From assembly GCF_003324675.1 (NCBI RefSeq), contig NZ_CP030918.1, forward strand, positions 2,490,001 to 2,522,000: a DNA stretch of 32,000 bases, read 5' to 3'. Of this stretch, positions 16,813 through 28,089 are shown piece after piece. Numbering within the stretch: the first letter of the stretch is position 1; each line of letters opens with the position of its first letter. The translations under genes were made by a program, and so were the position numbers. Source of the DNA: Paracoccus suum (GTDB lineage: Bacteria; Pseudomonadota; Alphaproteobacteria; Rhodobacterales; Rhodobacteraceae). Under the pieces are notes generated by a model. It made no database searches and was not told the DNA's origin. It was given only the letters and a program-made list of their open reading frames with translations.

Positions 16813-16840
16813 TTGAACCGCCGAGCGGCGACACTTATTT
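16813..16840 (+). promoter_or_regulatory. Candidate RpoH (sigma-32)-type promoter upstream of lon
   Basis: TTGAAC-N15-CTTATTT resembles the alphaproteobacterial heat-shock promoter pattern (TTGAA ... CyTATnT). It lies about 75 nt upstream of the lon ATG. Pattern match only. Confidence 0.3.
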
Positions 16841-16914
16841 CATCGCCAAGCAGAGGACGCGACGGCCGCCGAACACTTGGGGCAGCGTCACTCGGGCGAG
16901 AAAGGATACAGGCA

Positions 16915-19356
16915 ATGGACGAAACCACCCGCGCGCCCACCACCGGCGCCACCGCGCACCCGGTCCTGCCGCTGCGCGATATCGTGGTCTTTCCGCATAT
17001 GATCGTCCCTTTGTTCGTGGGACGCGAAAAATCCGTCAGCGCGCTTGAGGCGGTGATGGAGCGTGACCAGCCGATCCTGCTGGCCGCGCAAAAGGACGCG
17101 ACCGTGGACGAGCCGACCAGCGATGGTGTCTTTACTGTCGGGGTTCTGGCCAATGTCCTGCAACTGCTCAAGCTGCCGGATGGCACCGTCAAGGTGCTGG
17201 TCGAGGGGCGCGAGCGTGTCCAGATCGACAGCTTTACCCAGACCGAACCCTTCTTTGAGGCGACCGCGACCCCACTGGTCGAAGAGCCGGGCGATGCCGA
17301 TTCCAGCCGCGCGTTGGTCAAGGCCGTGGCCGAGGAGTTCGAGCGCTATGTGAAAGTGCGCAAGAACATTCCCGAGGAAGTCGTCAGCGCGGTAATCGAT
17401 GCCGACGAGGCCAACCGCCTCGCCGATCTGGTCTCGGGGCATCTGGGGATCGACCTGGCCAAGAAGCAGGACTTGCTGGAAACCCTCGACGTCGCGGCGC
17501 GGCTCGAGAAGGTTTATGGCCTGATGCAGGGCGAGATGTCGGTCCTGCAGGTCGAGAAAAAGATCAAGTCGCGCGTCAAGAACCAGATGGAGAAGACGCA
17601 GCGCGAGTACTATCTGAACGAACAGATGAAGGCGATCCAGCGCGAGCTGGGCGACGGCGACGAAGGCGCGGGCGAGGTTGCCGAGCTGGAAGAGCGTGTC
17701 GCCAAGACCCGCTTCAGCAAGGAAGCCCGCGAAAAAGCGCAGGCCGAACTGAAAAAGCTGAAGTCGATGTCCCCGATGTCGGCTGAGGCGACCGTCAGCC
17801 GGAACTACCTCGACTGGCTGCTGTCGCTGCCGTGGGGCATCAAGTCGCGCACCAAGCGTGACCTGGGCGCGGCCGAGCGCACGCTCGATGCCGATCACTA
17901 TGGACTGGAAAAGGTCAAGGAACGGATCGTCGAATACCTCGCGGTCCAGAACCGTTCGGCCAAGCTGAAGGGGCCGATCCTGTGCCTCGTCGGCCCTCCG
18001 GGCGTGGGTAAGACCTCGCTGGGGCGGTCGGTGGCCAAGGCCACGGGGCGCGAGTTCATCCGCATCAGTCTTGGCGGCGTGCGCGACGAGAGCGAGATCC
18101 GCGGCCACCGCCGGACCTATATCGGCTCGATGCCCGGCAAGATCATCCAGGCGCTGAAAAAGGCCAAGACCACCAACCCGCTGATCCTGCTCGATGAAAT
18201 AGACAAGATGGGGATGGATTTCCGGGGCGACCCGGCCTCGGCCCTGCTGGAGGTGCTGGACCCGGAACAGAACTCGACCTTTGTCGACCACTATCTCGAG
18301 GTGGAATACGACCTGTCCAACGTGATGTTCATCACCACGGCCAACAGCTACAACATGCCCGGCCCGCTGATGGACCGGATGGAGATCATCCCTCTGTCCG
18401 GCTACACCGAGGACGAAAAGCGCGAGATCGCGCGTGGCCACCTGCTGGCCAAGCAGATCAAGGCCAACGGCCTGCGCAAGGGCGAGTTCGGCATCACCGA
18501 TGCCGCGCTGACCCATGTCATCCGCTACTACACGCGGGAAGCCGGGGTCCGCAGCCTCGAGCGTGAGATCGCGAAACTCGCCCGCAAGGCGGTGACCGAG
18601 ATCATGAAGGGCAAGGTCAAGTCGGTCGAAGTGACGCCAGAGAAGGCCGAGGAATACCTGGGCGTTCGCCGGCATCGCTATGGGCTGGCGGAAAAGGACG
18701 ACCAGGTTGGCGTGGTCACAGGCCTCGCCTGGACGCAGACGGGCGGCGATCTGTTGCAGATCGAGGCGCTGAAGCTGCCGGGCAAGGGCCGCATGAAGAC
18801 TACCGGCAAGCTGGGCGAGGTGATGAAAGAGTCCATCGACGCCGCGGCCAGCTTTGTCCGCTCGATCGCGCCGACCCTGGGGGTCAAACCGCCGGAGTTC
18901 GAAAAGCGCGACATCCACGTCCACGTTCCCGAAGGGGCGACCCCGAAGGACGGTCCGTCGGCGGGCGTTGCGATGGTGACTTCGGTCGTCTCGGTGATGA
19001 CCGGCATCCCGGTGCGCAAGGACATCGCGATGACCGGCGAAGTCACGCTGCGCGGCAACGTGCTGGCCATCGGCGGGCTGAAGGAAAAACTGCTCGCGGC
19101 CCTGCGTGGCGGCATCACCACGGTGCTGATCCCGCAGGAGAACGAGAAGGACCTGGCCGACATCCCGGCGAACGTGAAGGAGGGGCTGAAGATCATCCCC
19201 GTCAGCAACGTCCGCGAGGTGATCGCCGAAGCCCTGGTCCGGGCCCCCGAACCGGTGGAATGGGACGAAGCTGCCCATGAGGCCGCCGAGGCCGCCCGCC
19301 AGTCCGCCCAGCGCGGAACAGAGAGCGATCAGGGTCGTTCCTCGGTCGCGCACTGA
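16915..19356 (+). CDS. lon: ATP-dependent Lon protease
   Basis: The ATG at 16915 (AAAGGA RBS) gives 813 aa: MDETTRA...[27 protein letters not shown]... Walker [14 protein letters not shown]; catalytic [14 protein letters not shown]. The track start at 16813 adds an Arg-rich non-homologous leader. Confidence 0.97.
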   Translation: MDETTRAPTTGATAHPVLPLRDIVVFPHMIVPLFVGREKSVSALEAVMERDQPILLAAQKDATVDEPTSDGVFTVGVLANVLQLLKLPDGTVKVLVEGRERVQIDSFTQTEPFFEATATPLVEEPGDADSSRALVKAVAEEFERYVKVRKNIPEEVVSAVIDADEANRLADLVSGHLGIDLAKKQDLLETLDVAARLEKVYGLMQGEMSVLQVEKKIKSRVKNQMEKTQREYYLNEQMKAIQRELGDGDEGAGEVAELEERVAKTRFSKEAREKAQAELKKLKSMSPMSAEATVSRNYLDWLLSLPWGIKSRTKRDLGAAERTLDADHYGLEKVKERIVEYLAVQNRSAKLKGPILCLVGPPGVGKTSLGRSVAKATGREFIRISLGGVRDESEIRGHRRTYIGSMPGKIIQALKKAKTTNPLILLDEIDKMGMDFRGDPASALLEVLDPEQNSTFVDHYLEVEYDLSNVMFITTANSYNMPGPLMDRMEIIPLSGYTEDEKREIARGHLLAKQIKANGLRKGEFGITDAALTHVIRYYTREAGVRSLEREIAKLARKAVTEIMKGKVKSVEVTPEKAEEYLGVRRHRYGLAEKDDQVGVVTGLAWTQTGGDLLQIEALKLPGKGRMKTTGKLGEVMKESIDAAASFVRSIAPTLGVKPPEFEKRDIHVHVPEGATPKDGPSAGVAMVTSVVSVMTGIPVRKDIAMTGEVTLRGNVLAIGGLKEKLLAALRGGITTVLIPQENEKDLADIPANVKEGLKIIPVSNVREVIAEALVRAPEPVEWDEAAHEAAEAARQSAQRGTESDQGRSSVAH

Positions 19357-19387
19357 GGTCAGTGGCGCGAGCCGCCGCTAAAAAAGG

Positions 19388-19420
19388 AGGCGCGCGGTTG
19401 ATCCGCGCGCCTTTTCTTTT
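19388..19420 (+). terminator. Rho-independent terminator of lon
   Basis: AGGCGCGCGG-ttgat-CCGCGCGCCT followed by TTTTCTTTT, 32 nt after the lon stop. Confidence 0.8.
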
Positions 19421-19556
19421 GCGTTGGGGTTGGCTGCGTCTAGGAGCGGTCCACGGCCACCGACCCTCCCAGGGAAGGTCGCGGCGCTTGCGCCTCCCTC
19501 GCGCAGGCCACTGCGAGACATAGATCCTGACCGTGTCCGGATTATCCTGGACCCTC

Positions 19557-19585
19557 TTGCACCACCTGAAACCTGCGGCTATCTA
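19557..19585 (+). promoter_or_regulatory. Candidate sigma-70-type promoter of tRNA-Val(CAC)
   Basis: TTGCAC-N17-TATCTA, with the -10 ending 9 nt before the mature tRNA 5' end. Confidence 0.4.
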
Positions 19586-19594
19586 CCCGCCACC

Positions 19595-19669
19595 GGGCGA
19601 TTAGCTCAGCGGTAGAGCGCTTCGTTCACATCGAAGATGTCAGCGGTTCAAATCCGTTATCGCCCACCA
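19595..19669 (+). tRNA. tRNA-Val (anticodon CAC), CCA encoded
   Basis: GGGCGAT TA GCTC AGCGGTA GAGC G CTTCG TTCACAT CGAAG ATGTC AGCGG TTCAAAT CCGTT ATCGCCC A CCA. 75 nt. Confidence 0.95.
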
Positions 19670-19965
19670 TCATTCACGGGGTCGTCCTGCCGGGCGGCCC
19701 CGACTTGATGTCTGGCATCTGCCATTTCGGCCGGTGGTTGCTCGCGCCGGGCGAGGACCGCCAGACGGATGGCGGTCGCCAGCCCGACCTCGACCGGCCG
19801 GCGGCGGTCGATTTCCGCCACCAACTGACTCAGCCCCAAGCCCTCGGATTGCGCCATTCGGCGCAGGCCGGACCAGAACGCATCCTCCAGGCTGACCGAG
19901 GTCGGATGCCCCTCGACCATGACCGACCGCTTGCGCGGACGGTCCATGGGGGGGAGATCAATCAT
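19657..19965 (-). CDS. Ribbon-helix-helix (RHH_4 family) protein of unknown function
   Basis: Start ATG 19965 (or 19947): MIDLPPMDRPRKRSVMVEGHPTSVSLEDAFWSGLRRMAQSEGLGLSQLVAEIDRRRPVEVGLATAIRLAVL... This matches the RHH_4 pattern (RS..v.G..TSvsLE..FW..L..iA...g.s...L...id....nLssaiRl.vL). The last 13 nt overlap the 3' end of tRNA-Val(CAC) on the opposite strand. Confidence 0.7.
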   Translation of the reverse strand: MIDLPPMDRPRKRSVMVEGHPTSVSLEDAFWSGLRRMAQSEGLGLSQLVAEIDRRRPVEVGLATAIRLAVLARREQPPAEMADARHQVGAARQDDPVNDGGR

Positions 19966-20152
19966 CGGCGTCCGGCAACTTGCCCCGCAAATGGCCGTCA
20001 AGGTGACGCCCTGCACGGGCAGCCGCGTCCGCCTCGGCCGATTTCTCGGCCTTGGTGCGGCCGTGCTGCGCTGCGTTCTGTGCGCCCGCGCGCCGCTTGG
20101 CGTCGCGAGCCTGCTGTTTGCGATAGCGGTTGAGGTTGGTGACTTCACTCAT
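19958..20152 (-). CDS. DUF4169 family small basic protein
   Basis: The ATG at 20152 gives 64 aa: MSEVTNLNRYRKQQARDAKRRAGAQNAAQHGRTKAEKSAEADAAARAGRHLDGH... This is the DUF4169 pattern (vNL...RK...R..K...A..N...fGRtKAEr). There is an 8-nt overlap with the downstream RHH gene. Confidence 0.7.
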   Translation of the reverse strand: MSEVTNLNRYRKQQARDAKRRAGAQNAAQHGRTKAEKSAEADAAARAGRHLDGHLRGKLPDADD

Positions 20153-20213
20153 GGGCGCAGAATATCCCCAGCTTGCGCGAAAGTCAGCGGTCCCCGTGTG
20201 CGACGCGATGATC

Positions 20214-20241
20214 GGCAAGCGCACCGGGCGGTTCGCTTGCC
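20214..20241 (-). terminator. Hairpin downstream of fumC (weak terminator candidate)
   Basis: GGCAAGCG-12 nt-CGCTTGCC, an 8-bp stem about 10 nt after the fumC stop. No U-tract. Confidence 0.3.
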
Positions 20242-20249
20242 GAGGTGCC

Positions 20250-21644
20250 TCAATCCTCCGGGCCGATCATCAGCTCAGGACGGACCACCCGGTCGAAAGT
20301 CTCACCATCGACGAGGCCCAGGCTGATAGCCTCCTCGCGCAGGGTGGTGCCATTCTTGTGCGCGGTCTTGGCGACCTTGGTCGCATTGTCATAGCCAATG
20401 GTCGGGGCGAGTGCCGTCACCAGCATCAGGCTCTCCTTCATCAGCTTGTCGATGCGCGCGACATTCGCCTCGGTCCCGACGACCATGTTGTCGGTGAAGC
20501 TGACCGCCGCGTCACCGAGGAGCTGCATGGACTGCAGAACATTGTATGACATCATCGGGTTATAGACGTTAAGCTCGAAATGTCCCTGGCTGCCGGCAAA
20601 GGTCACGGCGGCGTCGTTGCCCATGACATGGGCGCAGACCATGGTCAGTGCCTCGGCCTGCGTCGGGTTCACCTTTCCGGGCATGATGCTGCTACCGGGC
20701 TCGTTTTCCGGCAGGATCAGTTCGCCCAGCCCGCTGCGCGGACCGCTGCCGAGCAGACGCAGGTCGTTGGCGATCTTGAAAAGGCTCGCCGCCACGGTTT
20801 TCAGCGCGCCGGAGAAGAACACCATCGCGTCATGCGCGGCCAGCGCCTCGAACTTGTTGGGCGCGGTGACGAAGGGCAGGCCGGTGATCCGGGCGATCTC
20901 GGCCGCAATCGCCTTGTCCCAGCCCTTCTTGGTGTTCAGCCCGGTGCCAACGGCGGTGCCCCCTTGCGCGAGCTCGTAGATCTGCGGCAGGCACATCTCG
21001 ATCCGCTTGATACCCATACGGACCTGATGGGCATAGCCGCCAAACTCTTGTCCCAGGGTCAGGGGTGTCGCGTCCTGGGTATGGGTGCGGCCAATCTTGA
21101 TGATGTCCTTGAAGGCATTGGCCTTGGCCTCCAGCGCCTCGGCCAGATGCGACAGGCCCGGGATCAGCAGATCGCGCGCGACCATGCCGATGGCGATATG
21201 CATCGCGGTCGGAAAGGTGTCGTTCGACGACTGGCCCATGTTGCAGTGATCGTTCGGATGGACCGGCTCCTTGCTGCCCATCTGGCCGCCGAGGATTTCG
21301 ATGGCGCGGTTGCTGACGACCTCGTTGGCATTCATGTTCGATTGCGTGCCGGAACCGGTCTGCCAGACGACGAGCGGAAACTCGGCGTCCAGCTTGCCGT
21401 CGAACACCTCCTGCGCGGCCTGCTCCATCGCCTTTCCAATGGCGGGATCAAGGCGGCCCTCGGCCATATTGACCCGCGCGGCCGCCAGCTTGATTGCGCC
21501 AAGCGCACGGATCACCGAGGCCGGCTGACGTTCCCAGCCGATCTTGAAGTTGCCAAGCGAGCGCTGCGTCTGCGCGCCCCAGTAGCGATCGGAGGGCACC
21601 TCGAGGGGGCCAAAGCTGTCAGTCTCGGTGCGGGTCGTGGTCAT
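20250..21644 (-). CDS. fumC: Class II fumarate hydratase
   Basis: The ATG at 21644 lies 8 nt after [34 protein letters not shown]...[20 protein letters not shown] (fumarase/aspartase signature). 464 aa. Confidence 0.97.
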   Translation of the reverse strand: MTTTRTETDSFGPLEVPSDRYWGAQTQRSLGNFKIGWERQPASVIRALGAIKLAAARVNMAEGRLDPAIGKAMEQAAQEVFDGKLDAEFPLVVWQTGSGTQSNMNANEVVSNRAIEILGGQMGSKEPVHPNDHCNMGQSSNDTFPTAMHIAIGMVARDLLIPGLSHLAEALEAKANAFKDIIKIGRTHTQDATPLTLGQEFGGYAHQVRMGIKRIEMCLPQIYELAQGGTAVGTGLNTKKGWDKAIAAEIARITGLPFVTAPNKFEALAAHDAMVFFSGALKTVAASLFKIANDLRLLGSGPRSGLGELILPENEPGSSIMPGKVNPTQAEALTMVCAHVMGNDAAVTFAGSQGHFELNVYNPMMSYNVLQSMQLLGDAAVSFTDNMVVGTEANVARIDKLMKESLMLVTALAPTIGYDNATKVAKTAHKNGTTLREEAISLGLVDGETFDRVVRPELMIGPED

Positions 21645-21728
21645 GCGCGGGGCCTCCATCCGGTGTCGCCGGGGTTCTAGGAGGAAGGTGGCCGCCGCGC
21701 AATCGACGCCGCCCGCTGTGGGCGTCCG

Positions 21729-22208
21729 CTACTTGCGCCACTTGTCGAGGCTGACGACCTCGGCCGAGCCGCGCTCTGCCTCTGGGGCGTCGACCTGGGT
21801 CGGGGCGTCCGGGACCTCCTCCGGGGTCATTTCGGCGTCGTCATCCTCGTCCTCTTCCTGCGTCTCGAACCGCAGGCCGAATTCGACCGAGGGGTCGACG
21901 AAGGTACGCAGGGCGTCGAACGGAATTCGCAGCCGCTCCGCCGCGTTGCCGAAATTGAGCGTGACGGCGAAGGCGTCGGGCGTGATTTCGAGGCCTTCGA
22001 ACCAGTGTTGGATGACGATGGTCATCTCGGCCGGATATCGCGCGCGCAGCCAATCCGCCATCTCGACCCCGTCCTCGCGGGTGTCGAAGGTGATGAAGAA
22101 GTGGTGGTCACCGGGCAAGCCATGCTCTGCAACGCCGGTGAGGACGTCGGAAATGAGTCCCTGCATGGCGCGGTGCATCATGCTGCCGTAATCGATTCCG
22201 CCTGCCAT
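21729..22208 (-). CDS. sspB: SspB-type ClpXP adaptor (alphaproteobacterial SspB-alpha)
   Basis: The ATG at 22208 gives 159 aa: MAGGIDYGSMMHRAMQGLISDVLTGVAEHGLPGDHHFFITFDT...MTIVIQHWFEGLEITPDAFAVTLNFG. An acidic linker follows, then a C-terminal VVSLDKWRK, which resembles the ClpX-binding tail of Caulobacter SspB-alpha as I recall it. Confidence 0.8.
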   Translation of the reverse strand: MAGGIDYGSMMHRAMQGLISDVLTGVAEHGLPGDHHFFITFDTREDGVEMADWLRARYPAEMTIVIQHWFEGLEITPDAFAVTLNFGNAAERLRIPFDALRTFVDPSVEFGLRFETQEEDEDDDAEMTPEEVPDAPTQVDAPEAERGSAEVVSLDKWRK

Positions 22209-22389
22209 GCCGCCCCCGCTGCGTCCCGTTGCGATCCGTCGCGGCCGGCACGGCCGCGCGTTCGATGAACGCCCTTGGGGACGCCCGACTCGCGCACACC
22301 ATAGGGGCGGGCGCCGGGGCGGGAAAGGCCTGCCGCTACGAGTGGCTGCGCACAAAGGCGCGGGCGTGCGGGAGGTCGAAGGGGATGGG

Positions 22390-22709
22390 AAAAGTCCCAG
22401 GCTTCTGTTGCCAGGCGCCTGGGGGCCCCGCCTTACGCTGCTAGGCGCAAGGGCTTAGTTTTCGATCACTCGAACTGCTTACGCAGCAAGGGCGACCGGA
22501 GCACGGTTGTCATTGGCAACTGTACTTTTCGGACCGATAACGGTGGTACCTCACCGGGACAAAGCAAACACCTTTGAACGTCCGTCGATCCTATTTCGAC
22601 CCCATGCACCCCCAATGCGGGTGATTTTGGTGGAGTCGCCGGGTACCGCCCCCGGGTCCGAACCGCCTATTACGTGCGCGTTTATGTCCATAGCCCGGGT
22701 TGCCCCGAA
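22390..22709 (-). ncRNA. ssrA: Two-piece (circularly permuted) tmRNA gene
   Basis: Read on the minus strand. The acceptor piece runs about 22709-22628 and ends ...CCGGG-GGCGGTA-CCCGG-CGACTCC-A-CCA. An intervening segment covers 22627-22604. The coding piece starts at 22603 with GGGGTCGAAATAGGATCGACGG. GGGGTCG pairs with CGACTCC, giving the G3:U70 alanine identity pair. Tag ORF: GCC AAT GAC AAC CGT GCT CCG GTC GCC CTT GCT GCG TAA = ANDNRAPVALAA*. The outer ends are approximate (+/- 15 nt). The 3' boundary was placed after hairpin 22423-22396 plus ACTTTT. Confidence 0.9.
22479..22517 (-). other. tmRNA tag reading frame (resume codon GCC to TAA): ANDNRAPVALAA
   Basis: Direct translation of the minus strand. 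It ends in the canonical ALAA degron and begins with ANDN, as in other alphaproteobacterial tags. Confidence 0.9.
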
Positions 22710-22716
22710 CAGATCG

Positions 22717-22745
22717 AAGATAGGCGGCCGCGTGCGGCGCCGCAA
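22717..22745 (-). promoter_or_regulatory. Candidate sigma-70-type promoter of ssrA
   Basis: Minus strand: TTGCGG-N17-TATCTT, immediately downstream of the stop of the ABM gene (22757). It predicts a transcript start near 22709-22711 and an acceptor piece of about 82 nt. Confidence 0.4.
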
Positions 22746-22756
22746 GTGCCACAGGG

Positions 22757-23035
22757 CTAGTCGTCGCGGGTGATGAGATAGTCGCGGACAAAGCCCGCGG
22801 TGACGCGCCCCCAGTCGCTGGCGGCGGCACGGCGTTGGTGGGCGGCGAAGGCGGCCTCGTCGACAAAGGTTTCCGCCACGCGCCAGCCGCGCGGCCCTTC
22901 GGGCGTGACGGAAAAGGCGACGCATCCCGGCTCGGCGAGCGTCAGCGACAGGTGGGCGGGCAGGTGCTCGCGCAGGACGGCAGCCTCGGCCTCGGTTTTG
23001 CAGCTGATCAGCCCGTTCAGATGGACATTCGGCAT
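22757..23035 (-). CDS. Antibiotic-biosynthesis-monooxygenase (ABM/YgiN-like) domain protein
   Basis: 92 aa, with AAGGA RBS. ...LREHLPAHLSLTLAEPGCVAFSVTPEGPRGWRVAETFVDEAAFAAHQRRAA... fits the ferredoxin-like ABM pattern (EpGCl.f.v......f.v.E.f.d.aAf..H). Confidence 0.65.
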   Translation of the reverse strand: MPNVHLNGLISCKTEAEAAVLREHLPAHLSLTLAEPGCVAFSVTPEGPRGWRVAETFVDEAAFAAHQRRAAASDWGRVTAGFVRDYLITRDD

Positions 23036-23102
23036 GGGTTTTCCTTGGCGATACGGTCGGTGCTCTTGGTGTATTTTTGCCAGCCGACTCGGGCGGTGCG
23101 GG

Positions 23103-23131
23103 TTGAAGCGGTGTCAAGCGATAACTATATA
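23103..23131 (+). promoter_or_regulatory. Candidate sigma-70 promoter of the nrdHIEF operon
   Basis: TTGAAG-N17-TATATA, about 30 nt upstream of the riboswitch P1 helix. Confidence 0.45.
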
Positions 23132-23137
23132 TTGACG
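23122..23137 (+). promoter_or_regulatory. NrdR-box-like operator overlapping the -10 element
   Basis: taaCTATATATTGacg versus the published NrdR-box consensus acaCwAtATaTwGtgt. All 10 core positions match; the flanks do not. Confidence 0.4.
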
Positions 23138-23161
23138 ACTGTCAGGAGCGTGACCCAAGAT

Positions 23162-23330
23162 GCAGGTGCTTTGGTTCCCGAAGGGAAAATTTCCTAACGG
23201 GGTTAAGAGGGAAGCCGGTTCGATACCGGCGCTGCCCCCGCAACTGTAAGCGGCGAGTCGCAGGTCCAAGCCACTGGCGCAAGCCGGGAAGGGGACCCGC
23301 AACGTTTGAGCCGCGAGCCAGGAGACCTGC
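23162..23330 (+). promoter_or_regulatory. Cobalamin (B12) riboswitch aptamer
   Basis: P1: GCAGGT (23162-67) pairs with ACCTGC (23325-30). Conserved core: GGTTCCCGAAGGGAA...AGGGAAGCCGGTTCGATACCGGCGCTGCCCCCGCAACTGTAA...AGCCACTGG (B12 box)...GGGAAGG. A leader of about 150 nt follows before nrdH. Confidence 0.9.
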
Positions 23331-23480
23331 CAGAGCACAGAAAGACGACAGGCCGGACGGCGGGTCCGGGCTGCGTGGAACGGGGCCGTTGGCATCCGTG
23401 ATCGCGCGCCTACCCCCCGCCCCCGACCTGCCGAGGCAGACAGCGCGCCATCACCGCGACGCATAAAAAGAGGATCGACC

Positions 23481-23708
23481 ATGACCAGCGCCATCACCGT
23501 TTATTCCACCCCCGCCTGCGTTCAGTGCACCGCGACGACCAAGGCGCTCAGCGCCCGGGGGTTGGACTACCAGATCGTCGATCTGACGGCCGACGGCGAG
23601 GCGATGTCGATGGTCGCCGGTTTGGGGTATCGTCAGGCACCTGTTGTGGTCGCGGGCGAATCGCATTGGTCGGGCTTTCGCCCCGACCTGATCGGCGCGC
23701 TCGGCTAG
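23481..23708 (+). CDS. nrdH: Glutaredoxin-like protein NrdH
   Basis: 75 aa: MTSAITVYSTPACVQCTATTKALSARGLDY..., with a CVQC redox motif and a WSGFRPD motif. AAGAGGA RBS. Confidence 0.95.
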   Translation: MTSAITVYSTPACVQCTATTKALSARGLDYQIVDLTADGEAMSMVAGLGYRQAPVVVAGESHWSGFRPDLIGALG

Positions 23709-23723
23709 GTCCGGGAGGGGCGC

Positions 23724-24112
23724 ATGGCCGGGGTCTGGTATTTCTCGTCGCGCAGTGGCAACACCCGGCGCTTCGTCGAGGCACTGGGCATGCCAGCGCA
23801 CCGGATTGGCCGCGAGGGCGCCGACACCCCGGATGGCCCGTATGTGCTGATCTGCCCGACCTATGGCGATGGCGAGGGGAGGGGCGCGGTGCCTAAGCCC
23901 GTGATCCAGTTCCTGAACGATCCGCAGAACCGCATCCGGCTTGCCGGCGTAATCGGCGCGGGCAACCGCAGTTTTGGCAGCAGCTTCGCGCAGGCCGCCG
24001 ATGTGATCGCCGAAAAATGCAAGGTGCCGCTGCTCTACAAGTTCGAGCTGGCTGGCACCGAAACCGACCTTGCCCGCGTTGATGCGGGACTGAAGCGCCT
24101 TTGGGGGAATGA

Positions 24113-24131
<19 letters not shown>
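23724..24131 (+). CDS. nrdI: Class Ib ribonucleotide reductase flavodoxin-like protein NrdI
   Basis: 135 aa: [18 protein letters not shown]...[13 protein letters not shown]...VPKPVIQFL...[14 protein letters not shown]. Confidence 0.95.
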
Positions 24132-27730
<3,599 letters not shown>

Positions 27731-27731
<1 letters not shown>

Positions 27732-28078
27732 CAGACGGCGGCGGTGACGATGACCTCGACCTTGTAGTCGGGGGTCGCCAGCTTGGCCTCGCCGGTGGCG
27801 CGGGCAGGGGCGCTGCCGCGCGGGACCCACGCATCCCAGACTGCGTTCATGGCGGCGAAATCGGCCATGTCGGCCAGCCAGATCTGCGCGCTGAGGATGC
27901 GGCTCTTGTCGGTGCCGACCTGCGCCAGCAGCGCCTCGACCCGGTCGAGGCAATCCTGCGTCTGGCCCGAGATGTCCTTGGTCGGCTCGCCGACCTGGCC
28001 GGCCAGATAGGCAACGCCGTTATGCACGACCGCCATGCTCATCCGGGCGCTCGTCTCGAATCGTTTGATATCGCTCAT
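27731..28078 (-). CDS. RidA/YjgF/TdcF (endoribonuclease L-PSP) family protein
   Basis: The ATG at 28078 (AAGGA RBS; the track GTG at 28093 lies in the RBS) gives 115 aa: MSDIKRFETSARMSMAVVHNGVAYLAGQVG...QTQDCLDRVEALLAQVGTDKSRILSAQIWLADMADFAAMNAVW...PARATGEAKLATPDYKVEVIVTA. Confidence 0.9.
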
Positions 28079-28089
28079 CTTGTTTTCCT

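Noticed and set aside
16888-19353. 821-aa minus-strand ORF
   Set aside because: It mirrors lon almost end to end. Lon motifs (Walker A, PKDGPSAG) are on the plus strand. The minus translation is Arg/Leu/Asp/Gly-rich junk.
23153-23168. Possible second NrdR box (acccaagatgcaggtg), 31 bp from the first
   Set aside because: Only about 9 of 16 consensus positions match, and it overlaps the riboswitch P1 helix. The spacing is suggestive but the sequence match is too weak to call.
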